A DNA stretch of 64,000 bases, taken from the NCBI GenBank assembly GCA_014803525.1, contig JAAVBP010000002.1, positions 6,492 to 70,491 of the forward strand, written 5' to 3'. The translations under genes were made by a program, and so were the position numbers. The notes beneath the pieces were generated by a model. That model ran no database searches. It was not told the origin of the DNA and saw nothing but the letters and a program-made list of their open reading frames with translations. This stretch comes from a bacterium (GTDB taxonomy: Bacteria > Pseudomonadota > Alphaproteobacteria > Rs-D84). Shown piece by piece: positions 38,301-45,488 of this stretch; the first letter of the stretch is position 1, and each line of letters starts with the position of its first letter.

Positions 38301-39479
38301 TTCACCCGGACGGATGATGTTATAAATTTCAATCAGCGCTTCTTCGCGGTTTGTTGTCTTGTCCGCCATCAGCGTATTGCGCATATGCGCAGAAATAGTC
38401 GTATTGTCGATAGAAATCAGTGAAATTTCACGTACCCCCATCTTTTCCAAATCGGCCAAAACTTCTTCGGTAATTTCTGTACCCGCCGGGAATACAATAT
38501 CGCCCGCATTTGTTATCGGATCAAACAGATATTCGCCAATCAAGCTATCCGTGTCAATACCAAAGTTCTTGGACGCAGACATAATCTTGGACAGGCGTTT
38601 CGCCGACAGACGATCACCCTTGGCCGCCAAAACTTTTTTGTCTTTTGGATTAATCAGATCATAGTTCAGACGATATTTATCCAGCCCTTCGAATACAGCC
38701 GTGTCGCCAATCCAATATTTACCATCAAATGACAATGGGATACGTTTATAGAACGCGCCCAAAATTTCAGTATCGGTCATACCGCGAACACCGGCCTTAC
38801 GCGGGTCGGCGGCCCATTTCTTTTCATCTTCGCTTGTGGGCAAGCAACGCAACAGAACCGTTGCCGGAACTTTACGGCGACGGTCTATACGAACATAAAT
38901 TATACCTTTGGATTCTTCGAAATCGATCCATGAACCATGTTCCGGGATGATACGTGCGGTATATGTTGTCGGATTACCGGCAACCTTGGATTCTTTGGTC
39001 GTTGCAAAAACCACACCTTGGGCGCGATGCATCTGGGAAACGATAACACGTTCAACGCCAGACGCGATAAAGCTGCCGCGTTCTGTCATCAACGGCACTT
39101 CGCCCATAAATATCTCTTGTTCCTTGATGTCGCGTAGTGTCTTCTTGCCATCTTCTGCGACATCCCATAAAATCAATCTTAGCTTCAATTTCAGCTTGCT
39201 GGAATATGTCATATTACGCAGCATGCATTCCTTGACGTTATAGACAGGTTTGTCCAGTGTATACTCTACGAATTCCAAATCTGCAATTCCCGCATAATCC
39301 TTGATTGGGAACATTGATGAAAATACATTCTGCAAACCGATATTTTTACGGTTCTGGGGCTCTACATCCGCCTGCAGGAAATCTTTGTAAGAATCATATT
39401 GAATTTCAACCAAGTCAGGAAGCGGAGTTTGCAAAAAACCTTTACCAAAAGACTTTCTATATTTCTGGATAACTGCCAT
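35343..39479 (-). CDS. rpoB: DNA-directed RNA polymerase subunit beta
   Basis: GRHGNKGIVSK and other beta-subunit motifs. Start taken at MAVIQKYRKSFGK (ATG 39479); the tracked ORF begins 33 nt upstream. Confidence 0.96.
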   Translation of the reverse strand: MAVIQKYRKSFGKGFLQTPLPDLVEIQYDSYKDFLQADVEPQNRKNIGLQNVFSSMFPIKDYAGIADLEFVEYTLDKPVYNVKECMLRNMTYSSKLKLKLRLILWDVAEDGKKTLRDIKEQEIFMGEVPLMTERGSFIASGVERVIVSQMHRAQGVVFATTKESKVAGNPTTYTARIIPEHGSWIDFEESKGIIYVRIDRRRKVPATVLLRCLPTSEDEKKWAADPRKAGVRGMTDTEILGAFYKRIPLSFDGKYWIGDTAVFEGLDKYRLNYDLINPKDKKVLAAKGDRLSAKRLSKIMSASKNFGIDTDSLIGEYLFDPITNAGDIVFPAGTEITEEVLADLEKMGVREISLISIDNTTISAHMRNTLMADKTTNREEALIEIYNIIRPGERPTIEAATNLFARQGFDPAYYDLSAVGRFKMNKRLKIESGKKPEDERLLSKEDFLAVLKTLTNIIDRKDVVDDIDNLSNRRVRTVGELLEQNFRTGMVRIERLVREALSSPNIANMQPQDVINVKPLMSLVAEFLGTSQLSQFMDSYNPLSELEHKRLISALGPGGLNRERAGIDVRDVHPTHYGRLCPIHTPEGANIGLINHLSTYARVNPYGFIETPYYVVKDSKITKEMVYLTADEELGHKIAQGNTPTTAAGVLAEDMVTARVDGEFTMVPKDEVDLIDVEPRQVVSIATGLIPFVENDDANRALMGSNMQRQAVPLMRVQAPLVGTGIEREVARDSRTGVVAKHSGVVESVDANRIVVKCMNSRNVVTGVDIYNLEKFERSNSETLIHQKPLVKVGDRISAGDIIADGASMNYGELALGRNVLVAFMPWRGYNYEDSIVISERISRDDVFTSIKIVEKEFKVRDTQLGPESFTRDIPNVGEDALKNLDESGIIYVGARVKQGDILVGRVSPKSETLLTPEEALLRNIFGEKALNVKDTSLRVGPNEEGTVIGVNVLTRHGVKKDERTQMIELQKIEKINKDRDEETAIIEKGFADQIFQIAEGQTIESGTGSLKPFIGKKLTAEVFEGIKASDVKKLVVKNKEVQAKIDELREQHVVKLKLLNERADAEVSKATESNSLNAGVLKEVKVYIAHKMKLQPGDKMAGRHGNKGIVSKVVPVEDMPHLADGTPVDLVLNPLGVPSRMNIGQILETHLGMAARTLGAQIGVVLEEVKAKRAVTDDLRSIMGKIYGKDVAEKLEKMTDTDVRAEAALLRDGVPMATPTFDGATPEDIRSMLKLAGLPETGQFDLYDGMTGEKFARPVTVGIMYMLKLHHFVDEKIHARSIGNYSLVTQQPLSGKAHMGGQRLGEMEVWALEAHGAAHLLREMLTVKSDDIVGRNKMYESIISGSNDIQTGTPEAFNVFVRELKGLGLAMTPKKVD

Positions 39480-39642
39480 GGGTTTTAATCCTTTTTTTTG
39501 TGCGTTTTGCAAACAAACATTTTTTATATGTCTTTTTACGCCGCTGGGCCCGCCTGGGATTTTATTCCCCAGGCGGGCGGCGGAGTACCGTGGAAAACCA
39601 CGGATTTTTTATTTTGAACCGTTTTGGTTCAGGTGGGTTAAA

Positions 39643-40008
39643 TTATTTCAATTCAACCTTTGCACCAGCAGCTTCGATAGTCGCCTTCAGCTTTTCAGCT
39701 TCGTCTTTGGCAACTGCTTCTTTTACTGTTTTCGGTGCGCCTTCTACCAGAGCTTTTGCTTCGCCCAGGCCCAGACCTGTGATGTCTTTTACAGCCTTGA
39801 TAACAGCCAGCTTGTTCGCGCCAACTTCAGCCAAAACTACATCAAATTCTGTTTTTTCTTCAGCAGCGGCAGCAGCCGGACCAGCAGCAACAGCTACTGC
39901 AGCGGCGGCGGAAACGCCCCATGCTTCTTCCAACGCCTTGGACAGTTCAACAGCTTCCAAAACGCTCAATTTTGACAATTCTTCAACTAATTTCTGAATG
40001 TCTGCCAT
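39643..40008 (-). CDS. rplL: 50S ribosomal protein L7/L12
   Basis: Ala-rich hinge and C-terminal [26 protein letters not shown]. Confidence 0.95.
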   Translation of the reverse strand: MADIQKLVEELSKLSVLEAVELSKALEEAWGVSAAAAVAVAAGPAAAAAEEKTEFDVVLAEVGANKLAVIKAVKDITGLGLGEAKALVEGAPKTVKEAVAKDEAEKLKATIEAAGAKVELK

Positions 40009-40056
40009 TTTTTGCTCCTATTTATTATTACCAGAATGTCGCCATTCTGAATTTTA

Positions 40057-40536
40057 TTATTGTTCTTTCTTTCCATACTCTGCGGAAACGCGGGCCAGAC
40101 GTGATCCCGGTTCGACCAAGATACGCGCGATTGTGCCGCGGATTTCCAGCAAGGACGGAAGCTTGGATAATTGCATAACGCCGTCTGTGTCTAAGACATC
40201 TGCATCCATTTTACCACCAATAATGGTCAGGTTCGGGTGCGCTTCTGCGAACTTTGCCAGAACCTTGGTCACGGCCAACGCATCTGTTGCGATTGCAACG
40301 GCGGTCGGACGCTTCATCATTTCGGATACAGGTTCGAAATCGGTGCCTTTCAGCGCCAATTTCATCAAACGGTTTTTAACGACTTTGAATGTGGAAACCA
40401 ATGGACGCAGTTCATTGCGCAATTCTTCCATTTCTTTCACAGTCACACCGTGGTTTTCAACCACGAAGATACCGTTTGCATCTTTCAGGGACGACTGCAA
40501 CGCTGAAATCAAATCTGATTTTTCTTCGCGTTTCAT
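40057..40536 (-). CDS. rplJ: 50S ribosomal protein L10
   Basis: MKREEKSDLISALQSSLKDANGIFVVENHGVTV. Located upstream of rplL. Confidence 0.9.
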   Translation of the reverse strand: MKREEKSDLISALQSSLKDANGIFVVENHGVTVKEMEELRNELRPLVSTFKVVKNRLMKLALKGTDFEPVSEMMKRPTAVAIATDALAVTKVLAKFAEAHPNLTIIGGKMDADVLDTDGVMQLSKLPSLLEIRGTIARILVEPGSRLARVSAEYGKKEQ

Positions 40537-40715
40537 CTTTATATCCTTACTCCATTTTGTTAACTTTCCATTCGGGTTTCCCCGAACGGGGCTTGGTTCC
40601 TGCCCCAAAGAATTTTTCTTTGTCTATGATGGAAATTAAGTCTTGGTGACACCATCAGTCTCGGACAGAAATCTGTGTTCGCCGCGGGACGCATTTGCGC
40701 CCACACGGCGGATTA
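40537..40715 (-). promoter_or_regulatory. Possible L10 (rplJL) autoregulatory leader
   Basis: 179-nt untranslated gap at the position where L10 leaders occur, with hairpins such as CCCCGAACGGGG. Structure not verified. Confidence 0.3.
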
Positions 40716-41390
40716 TTATTTTGCCTCTACCTTCAGGCCCGGACCCTGGGTTGTCGCAACCGAGATTCCCAAGATATACTGACCCTTAGATGACGCCGGC
40801 TTTACCTTTTTCAGCTGGTCAATCAACGCCATCGCATTTTCAACCAACGCGTCTGTCTTGAACGACATTTTGCCGATACCGGCGTGGATGATACCTTTCT
40901 TTTCCGCACGGTATTCAATCTGACCCGCTTTGGCAACCTTAACTGCTTCTGCCACGTTGTTTGTAACAGTGCCCAATTTCGGGTTCGGCATCAAGCCTTT
41001 CGGACCCAAAACGCGTGCGATTTTTGACATTTTCGGCATCATATCCGGTGTTGCGATAACGCGGTCGAAATTGATTTCACCGCCGGCAACTTTTTCAATC
41101 AGTTCTTCGCCGCCAACAACATCGGCACCCGCCTTTTTCGCTTCGTCCTGAGAATTGATGGTAAATACGGCAACGCGAACGCTTTTACCTGTGCCATTCG
41201 GCAGGGACAGCATACCACGGATATTCTGATCGGCCTTGGTTACATCGATACCCAAACGGATTGCGATTTCCAAGCTTTCGTCGAACTTTTTAGACGCATA
41301 CGGACGCAATGCTTCGATTGCTTCGGCCAAGGAATATACTTTATCCTGATCCAATGCCGCCCAAGTCTGTTGTCTTTTTGTCGCTTTCAT
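40716..41390 (-). CDS. rplA: 50S ribosomal protein L1
   Basis: FDESLEIAIRLGIDV..GTGKSVRVAVF pattern and operon position. Confidence 0.93.
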   Translation of the reverse strand: MKATKRQQTWAALDQDKVYSLAEAIEALRPYASKKFDESLEIAIRLGIDVTKADQNIRGMLSLPNGTGKSVRVAVFTINSQDEAKKAGADVVGGEELIEKVAGGEINFDRVIATPDMMPKMSKIARVLGPKGLMPNPKLGTVTNNVAEAVKVAKAGQIEYRAEKKGIIHAGIGKMSFKTDALVENAMALIDQLKKVKPASSKGQYILGISVATTQGPGLKVEAK

Positions 41391-41393
41391 ATC

Positions 41394-41825
41394 TTATTCC
41401 TCCACCTTTACGCCCATAGAACGGCACTGACCCGCAACGATGTTCATCGCAGATTCAATGGAAGAGCAATTCAAGTCCGGCATTTTCGCTTCGGCAATTT
41501 CCTTGATCTGAGCCTTGGAAATTGTGCCTACGAAATCACGGCCCGGTTTGTGGGAACCGATTTTCAGCTTTAATGCATTTTTGATGTAGTACGACACCGG
41601 CGGCAACTTCATGATAAATTCAAAGCTGCGGTCGGTATAAACAGTGATAATACAAGGTATCGGCATACCCGGTGTTTTATCAGATGTTTTGTCGTTAAAC
41701 TGTTTGCAGAATTCGGCGATGTTAACACCCGCCGCACCCAACGCCGGTCCAATCGGAGGCGCAGGATTTGCTTGTTTCGCCGGCACAACCAGCTTTACCA
41801 AGCCTTTAACTTCTTTCTTTGCCAT
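41394..41825 (-). CDS. rplK: 50S ribosomal protein L11
   Basis: [22 protein letters not shown] motif. Confidence 0.95.
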   Translation of the reverse strand: MAKKEVKGLVKLVVPAKQANPAPPIGPALGAAGVNIAEFCKQFNDKTSDKTPGMPIPCIITVYTDRSFEFIMKLPPVSYYIKNALKLKIGSHKPGRDFVGTISKAQIKEIAEAKMPDLNCSSIESAMNIVAGQCRSMGVKVEE

Positions 41826-41923
41826 TTTTTCACTCCATTTTTTTGGTTAGTGTCGTGGTACGATGTGGCGCATCTACCACCACGGATTTTTAGCGAAACC
41901 ATTCCGCAAAAATCCAAAAACTT

Positions 41924-42103
41924 TTATCTCTTCTTCTGTGCGTCGATTTCTGCCACCAGATTTCTTACCCACGACTTGCGTTCAGCCGCCTCTTTAGCCA
42001 TCATCGCCTTGGTTTCCGGCTTGCTCCGCCACTGCTTTAGCGCAGCATGCATTTCTTCGCGCGACATCTCAACCTTGTAAACAGTTTGTCTCGTAATTTT
42101 CAT
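41924..42103 (-). CDS. Candidate small basic protein (59 aa) between nusG and rplK
   Basis: Manual translation gives MKITRQTVYKVEMSREEMHAALKQWRSKPETKAMMAKEAAERKSWVRNLVAEIDAQKKR. The ATG overlaps the nusG stop as TAATG. Just below the ORF-track cutoff. Confidence 0.4.
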   Translation of the reverse strand: MKITRQTVYKVEMSREEMHAALKQWRSKPETKAMMAKEAAERKSWVRNLVAEIDAQKKR

Positions 42104-42636
42104 TACACCCGCTCTACCTGTTCAAAGTCCAGTTCAACACTGGTTTCGCGACCGAACACCAGAATCGTTACGGTCATTTTCTGTTTTACATTATCAACCT
42201 CGGACGCAACACCATTAAATCCATTGAACGGCCCGTCGATAACATGCACTTCTTGACCAACCTCATATTCAACATCATCTGGCAAGAAGCTACCCTCTTC
42301 TACCTGCTTCTGCAGACGGCGCGCCTCTTCCTCGGTCACTGCGATCGGCTTGTTCTTAGCGCCCAAGAACATAACAACCTGGGGCATCAGCTTTACCAGT
42401 GAGAACGTCTCGTTATTCATAACCATCTGAACAACGATATAACCCGGAAAGAATTTTCTTTCGGCACGAACGCGTTTACCACCCTTAATCTCGGTCACTT
42501 CGCGTGTCGGCACCAAGATTTCACCAAACAGCGCATTCAGGCGACGCTTATCAATCTGTTCACGCAGACCACGCGCGACCTTATCTTCGCACCCGCTATG
42601 AACATTTACAACAAACCATTGCATATTGCCATCCAT
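42103..42636 (-). CDS. nusG: Transcription termination/antitermination factor NusG
   Basis: WFVVNVHSG..FPGYIVVQM NGN domain and KOW motif (VHVIDGPFNGFNGVASEV). Start could be Met5 (42624). Confidence 0.93.
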   Translation of the reverse strand: MDGNMQWFVVNVHSGCEDKVARGLREQIDKRRLNALFGEILVPTREVTEIKGGKRVRAERKFFPGYIVVQMVMNNETFSLVKLMPQVVMFLGAKNKPIAVTEEEARRLQKQVEEGSFLPDDVEYEVGQEVHVIDGPFNGFNGVASEVDNVKQKMTVTILVFGRETSVELDFEQVERV

Positions 42637-42657
42637 AATTATTCGCCCCCCAATGCG

Positions 42658-42837
42658 TTAGAAAACCCAACCAACAATTGCGTTTAATACACTGTCCACA
42701 ACAAAAAAGAACAGCGCAGCCAGGCCAGAAAACACCAAAATCATTATCGTTGCACGAACAACACTGTCACGCGACGGCCATACAATCTTGAACCATTCTG
42801 CGCGCACCGATTTAATATATTCCAGCATTTTCTTCAT
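42658..42837 (-). CDS. secE: Preprotein translocase subunit SecE (59 aa, below ORF-track cutoff)
   Basis: Manual translation gives MKKMLEYIKSVRAEWFKIVWPSRDSVVRATIMILVFSGLAALFFFVVDSVLNAIVGWVF. Located between tRNA-Trp and nusG. Confidence 0.85.
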   Translation of the reverse strand: MKKMLEYIKSVRAEWFKIVWPSRDSVVRATIMILVFSGLAALFFFVVDSVLNAIVGWVF

Positions 42838-42880
42838 AAATATTTCCGCCTGTTTTCAGATACAAATCCGGCATTTTATT

Positions 42881-42954
42881 TGGCAGGGGCTAAAGGAATC
42901 GAACCCTTATCCGCGGTTTTGGAGACCGATATTCTACCGTTGAACTAAGCCCCT
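42881..42954 (-). tRNA. tRNA-Trp (anticodon CCA)
   Basis: Manual cloverleaf: acceptor AGGGGCT/AGCCCCT, anticodon loop CTCCAAA, T arm AAGGG-TTCGATT-CCTTT, encoded CCA. Canonical position before secE. Confidence 0.88.
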
Positions 42955-43158
42955 GTTATTGCCTGTTTTACCGCACATGCATCACAATATTCTGCGATAC
43001 AATACCACAGTTATGCGGAAAATCAAGCAGAAAGTATTATAAGATTTTATCACGACCCGCGCAAGCAAAAAAGTACATTCAAATCGACCACAAATGCGCA
43101 CAATCACAAAAAACACTTCACAAATTCTATTTTTACGGGTCTTTTTGACTTTTTTCGC

Positions 43159-43188
43159 TTGCGGGGGCGATATTTTTTTGTCTACAAT
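43159..43188 (+). promoter_or_regulatory. Candidate promoter of the virB8-10 operon
   Basis: TTGCGG, 18-nt spacer, TACAAT, about 30 nt before the GTG start. Confidence 0.35.
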
Positions 43189-43215
43189 CAATAAAAATAC
43201 GAAAGGGAGAGATAC

Positions 43216-43881
43216 GTGCCGGATCAAGTTCGTCCACCGGTTTTAATATCCAGACTTATGGCGTTTGTATTGGCGACCGCACTGGTTGTGCTGGGGGCGC
43301 TTGTCATCACATTATGGTCCATGTTCCCACTGAACCGGCCCCAAGTGTTCTTTCTGACCACCCAGATGCGTCCAGACATGGATATCAAGCTGTATGCAAT
43401 GAACACGGACGAAAAGTATACAGAACTGTATAAAATATCCTTTATCAAAGAATACATCAAGGCACGCAACGAAATCGTCCCGAATACAAATGTTATGCAG
43501 CGCAAATGGGCAAATTCCGAAGACGGCATTGTCAATATGTGGTCAACCGGTGAAATATTTGATGAATTTACACAGACAAATATGTGGAATGCGGCGATGT
43601 ATTCCAATGCAAACATCGACGTTACATGCACGGTAGAGTTCCCACCACGACCAATATCAGAACGAACATCTGATAAAATGACATATACGGCAAATTTTAG
43701 CTATGTTTGCGTAAATAGTGATGGACAGACCGATAAAAAAGATTATACAATTATAATAGAATTGGAAAAGGCGGACAACGACACTATTAAATGGGGCGAC
43801 CGAACAAACAACCCGCTGGGGCTGTATGTGCGGCGTTATGAAATTGATTCAGGCGGTACAGATCCGCTGGATTTCGAATAA
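43216..43881 (+). CDS. virB8: Type IV secretion VirB8-like protein
   Basis: GTG start behind an AAGGGAGAG SD. One N-terminal TM helix, then a ~170-aa periplasmic domain (FIKEYIKARNE..W). First gene of an 8-9-10 order. Confidence 0.6.
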   Translation: MPDQVRPPVLISRLMAFVLATALVVLGALVITLWSMFPLNRPQVFFLTTQMRPDMDIKLYAMNTDEKYTELYKISFIKEYIKARNEIVPNTNVMQRKWANSEDGIVNMWSTGEIFDEFTQTNMWNAAMYSNANIDVTCTVEFPPRPISERTSDKMTYTANFSYVCVNSDGQTDKKDYTIIIELEKADNDTIKWGDRTNNPLGLYVRRYEIDSGGTDPLDFE

Positions 43882-43923
43882 TAACGCGTGGGACGCAACA
43901 TCTGGTACAAGGGAAGGATTGCA

Positions 43924-45447
43924 ATGAAATTCGCAAACGCAATTAAATTAAATGTTTCTATATTCTGTCTGGGGGCAATGTGCATTGGCGCGATGCCGGC
44001 ATTGGCCGCGCAAAGTGCATGGGATAATCCAAACGCCAACATGGCCGCCGGCAGTACCAAGCCCGGATATGCGCAATTGCCATGGTCACCGGGTGGTGTT
44101 TTGCCTGTAAAACTGCGCCAGGGCATGGCGACAATGATAACCCTGCCGAATGGCGAACAGATTTCAGATGTAATCGTTGGCAATAATGAATTGTTTCAAA
44201 TTGACACAACCCAGGGTTCCCGCACCATGTTTATGAGTCCGAACAGCGTCGGCGACACAAACATGATTGTTCAGGGGAAATCCGGCAACACTTATTTATT
44301 CTATCTGCGCGCCGAAGAAGCAGGTAGCAGTGAAATCACATATTCCCAGGTGGATGTTGTTCTGGATGGCAATGCAACCGTCCCCAACGCCAGTGCCGCG
44401 ACCACTACCCCATCGGGCAGCATGAATTCAATCTTTGCAAAGAAGTCAAATACCACCGGTACCGTTGGTGTTGATGGCGAAGATTATGGATGGATAAAAT
44501 CGATGAAGATTGATCCGTCAGAGTTCCGTTTTGATTTGGATATATTTGTACCCAATCCGGATGACTATGTAATTGCGCCGGAACGCGTATGGCGCGACCG
44601 TATATTCACATACATCGATTTCGGGGACAAGGTTATTTCCATGACCCAGCGTCCGGTGGTATCATTATTGGTCGAGGGTGGCGAATCCCCGGTCGGATTC
44701 CGTACCGATGGCGAAGATGGCAGATTGTTGATTGTTGAGGCCGTCGGCGACATGATCCTGCGCAGTGGTCAACGTATTGTTTGTATTAAAAAGCGTGAAA
44801 AACCGTTCCTGATTGCGGATACTGCATCTGTCATGGCACTGGCCGAGGCGAATGTTGCGCAGAGTATGATGTCGGGGCAATCACTGAATAACATCGCATA
44901 CCAGATGGACGTAAATGCCATGAATATGGCGGGCACGAATTACACCGGCACGCCGGTTTATGTGGGCCAGAATGCAAATGCCGCGACCGGTGTCGGCACA
45001 TATATGCCGATGGGTTACGGAACACAGGCATCACTTGCCGGCGGTGCGGTTGCAACATCCAGTGGCGTTACAATGATGCCAACCCAACGTGTTACCGCGG
45101 GCAGCTATCTGCCACAATCAAACATACCGCTGATCACCAGCAATCAAAACGGTGTTGCGGTTGAATTAAAATCAGATACATCGGTCAAGGCATTGGATGA
45201 TTATTGGACGGGGCTGCTGGCTAAATTCAGTGGCGAAGATGGCCAGGGGTTGTTGACCCCGTACAAAGACATGGTATTCTTTGCGGTTGATGAACAGGGC
45301 GTGGGCGATTTGGGCAGTGGTGCATCATCTGCGCGTCTGTATCGTTTGCGCATTGGGCCAATGGCGGATATTGATGCGGCACAAAAACTGTGCGACCAAT
45401 TGCTGAAATTCAGTGGCGCCAGTTGCAGCGTAGTTCGCATCCAGTAA
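43924..45447 (+). CDS. virB9: Type IV secretion VirB9/TrbG-like protein with C-terminal SPOR-like domain
   Basis: Signal peptide. LRQGMATMITLPNGEQISDVIVGNNELFQI..TNMIVQGKSGNTYLFYL (VirB9 N-domain). VWRDRIFTYIDFG..RIVCIKK (VirB9 C-domain). Tail LYRLRIGPMADIDAAQKLCDQLLKFSGASCSVVRIQ resembles SPOR. Confidence 0.7.
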   Translation: MKFANAIKLNVSIFCLGAMCIGAMPALAAQSAWDNPNANMAAGSTKPGYAQLPWSPGGVLPVKLRQGMATMITLPNGEQISDVIVGNNELFQIDTTQGSRTMFMSPNSVGDTNMIVQGKSGNTYLFYLRAEEAGSSEITYSQVDVVLDGNATVPNASAATTTPSGSMNSIFAKKSNTTGTVGVDGEDYGWIKSMKIDPSEFRFDLDIFVPNPDDYVIAPERVWRDRIFTYIDFGDKVISMTQRPVVSLLVEGGESPVGFRTDGEDGRLLIVEAVGDMILRSGQRIVCIKKREKPFLIADTASVMALAEANVAQSMMSGQSLNNIAYQMDVNAMNMAGTNYTGTPVYVGQNANAATGVGTYMPMGYGTQASLAGGAVATSSGVTMMPTQRVTAGSYLPQSNIPLITSNQNGVAVELKSDTSVKALDDYWTGLLAKFSGEDGQGLLTPYKDMVFFAVDEQGVGDLGSGASSARLYRLRIGPMADIDAAQKLCDQLLKFSGASCSVVRIQ

Positions 45448-45488
45448 ACCGGATGACGGATAACGGATAACGAGTGACGGGTAACGAC

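Noticed and set aside
31211-39243. Many 60-275-aa ORFs antisense or out of frame within rpoB and rpoC (e.g. 32473..33270, 34226..35050, 35643..36275).
   Set aside because: They are shadow ORFs of two very long, unambiguous genes and have low-complexity or odd composition.
42982-43227. 81-aa minus-strand ORF between tRNA-Trp and virB8.
   Set aside because: It has no SD, a hydrophobic/basic junk-like sequence, and occupies the AT-rich promoter region of the virB8-10 operon.
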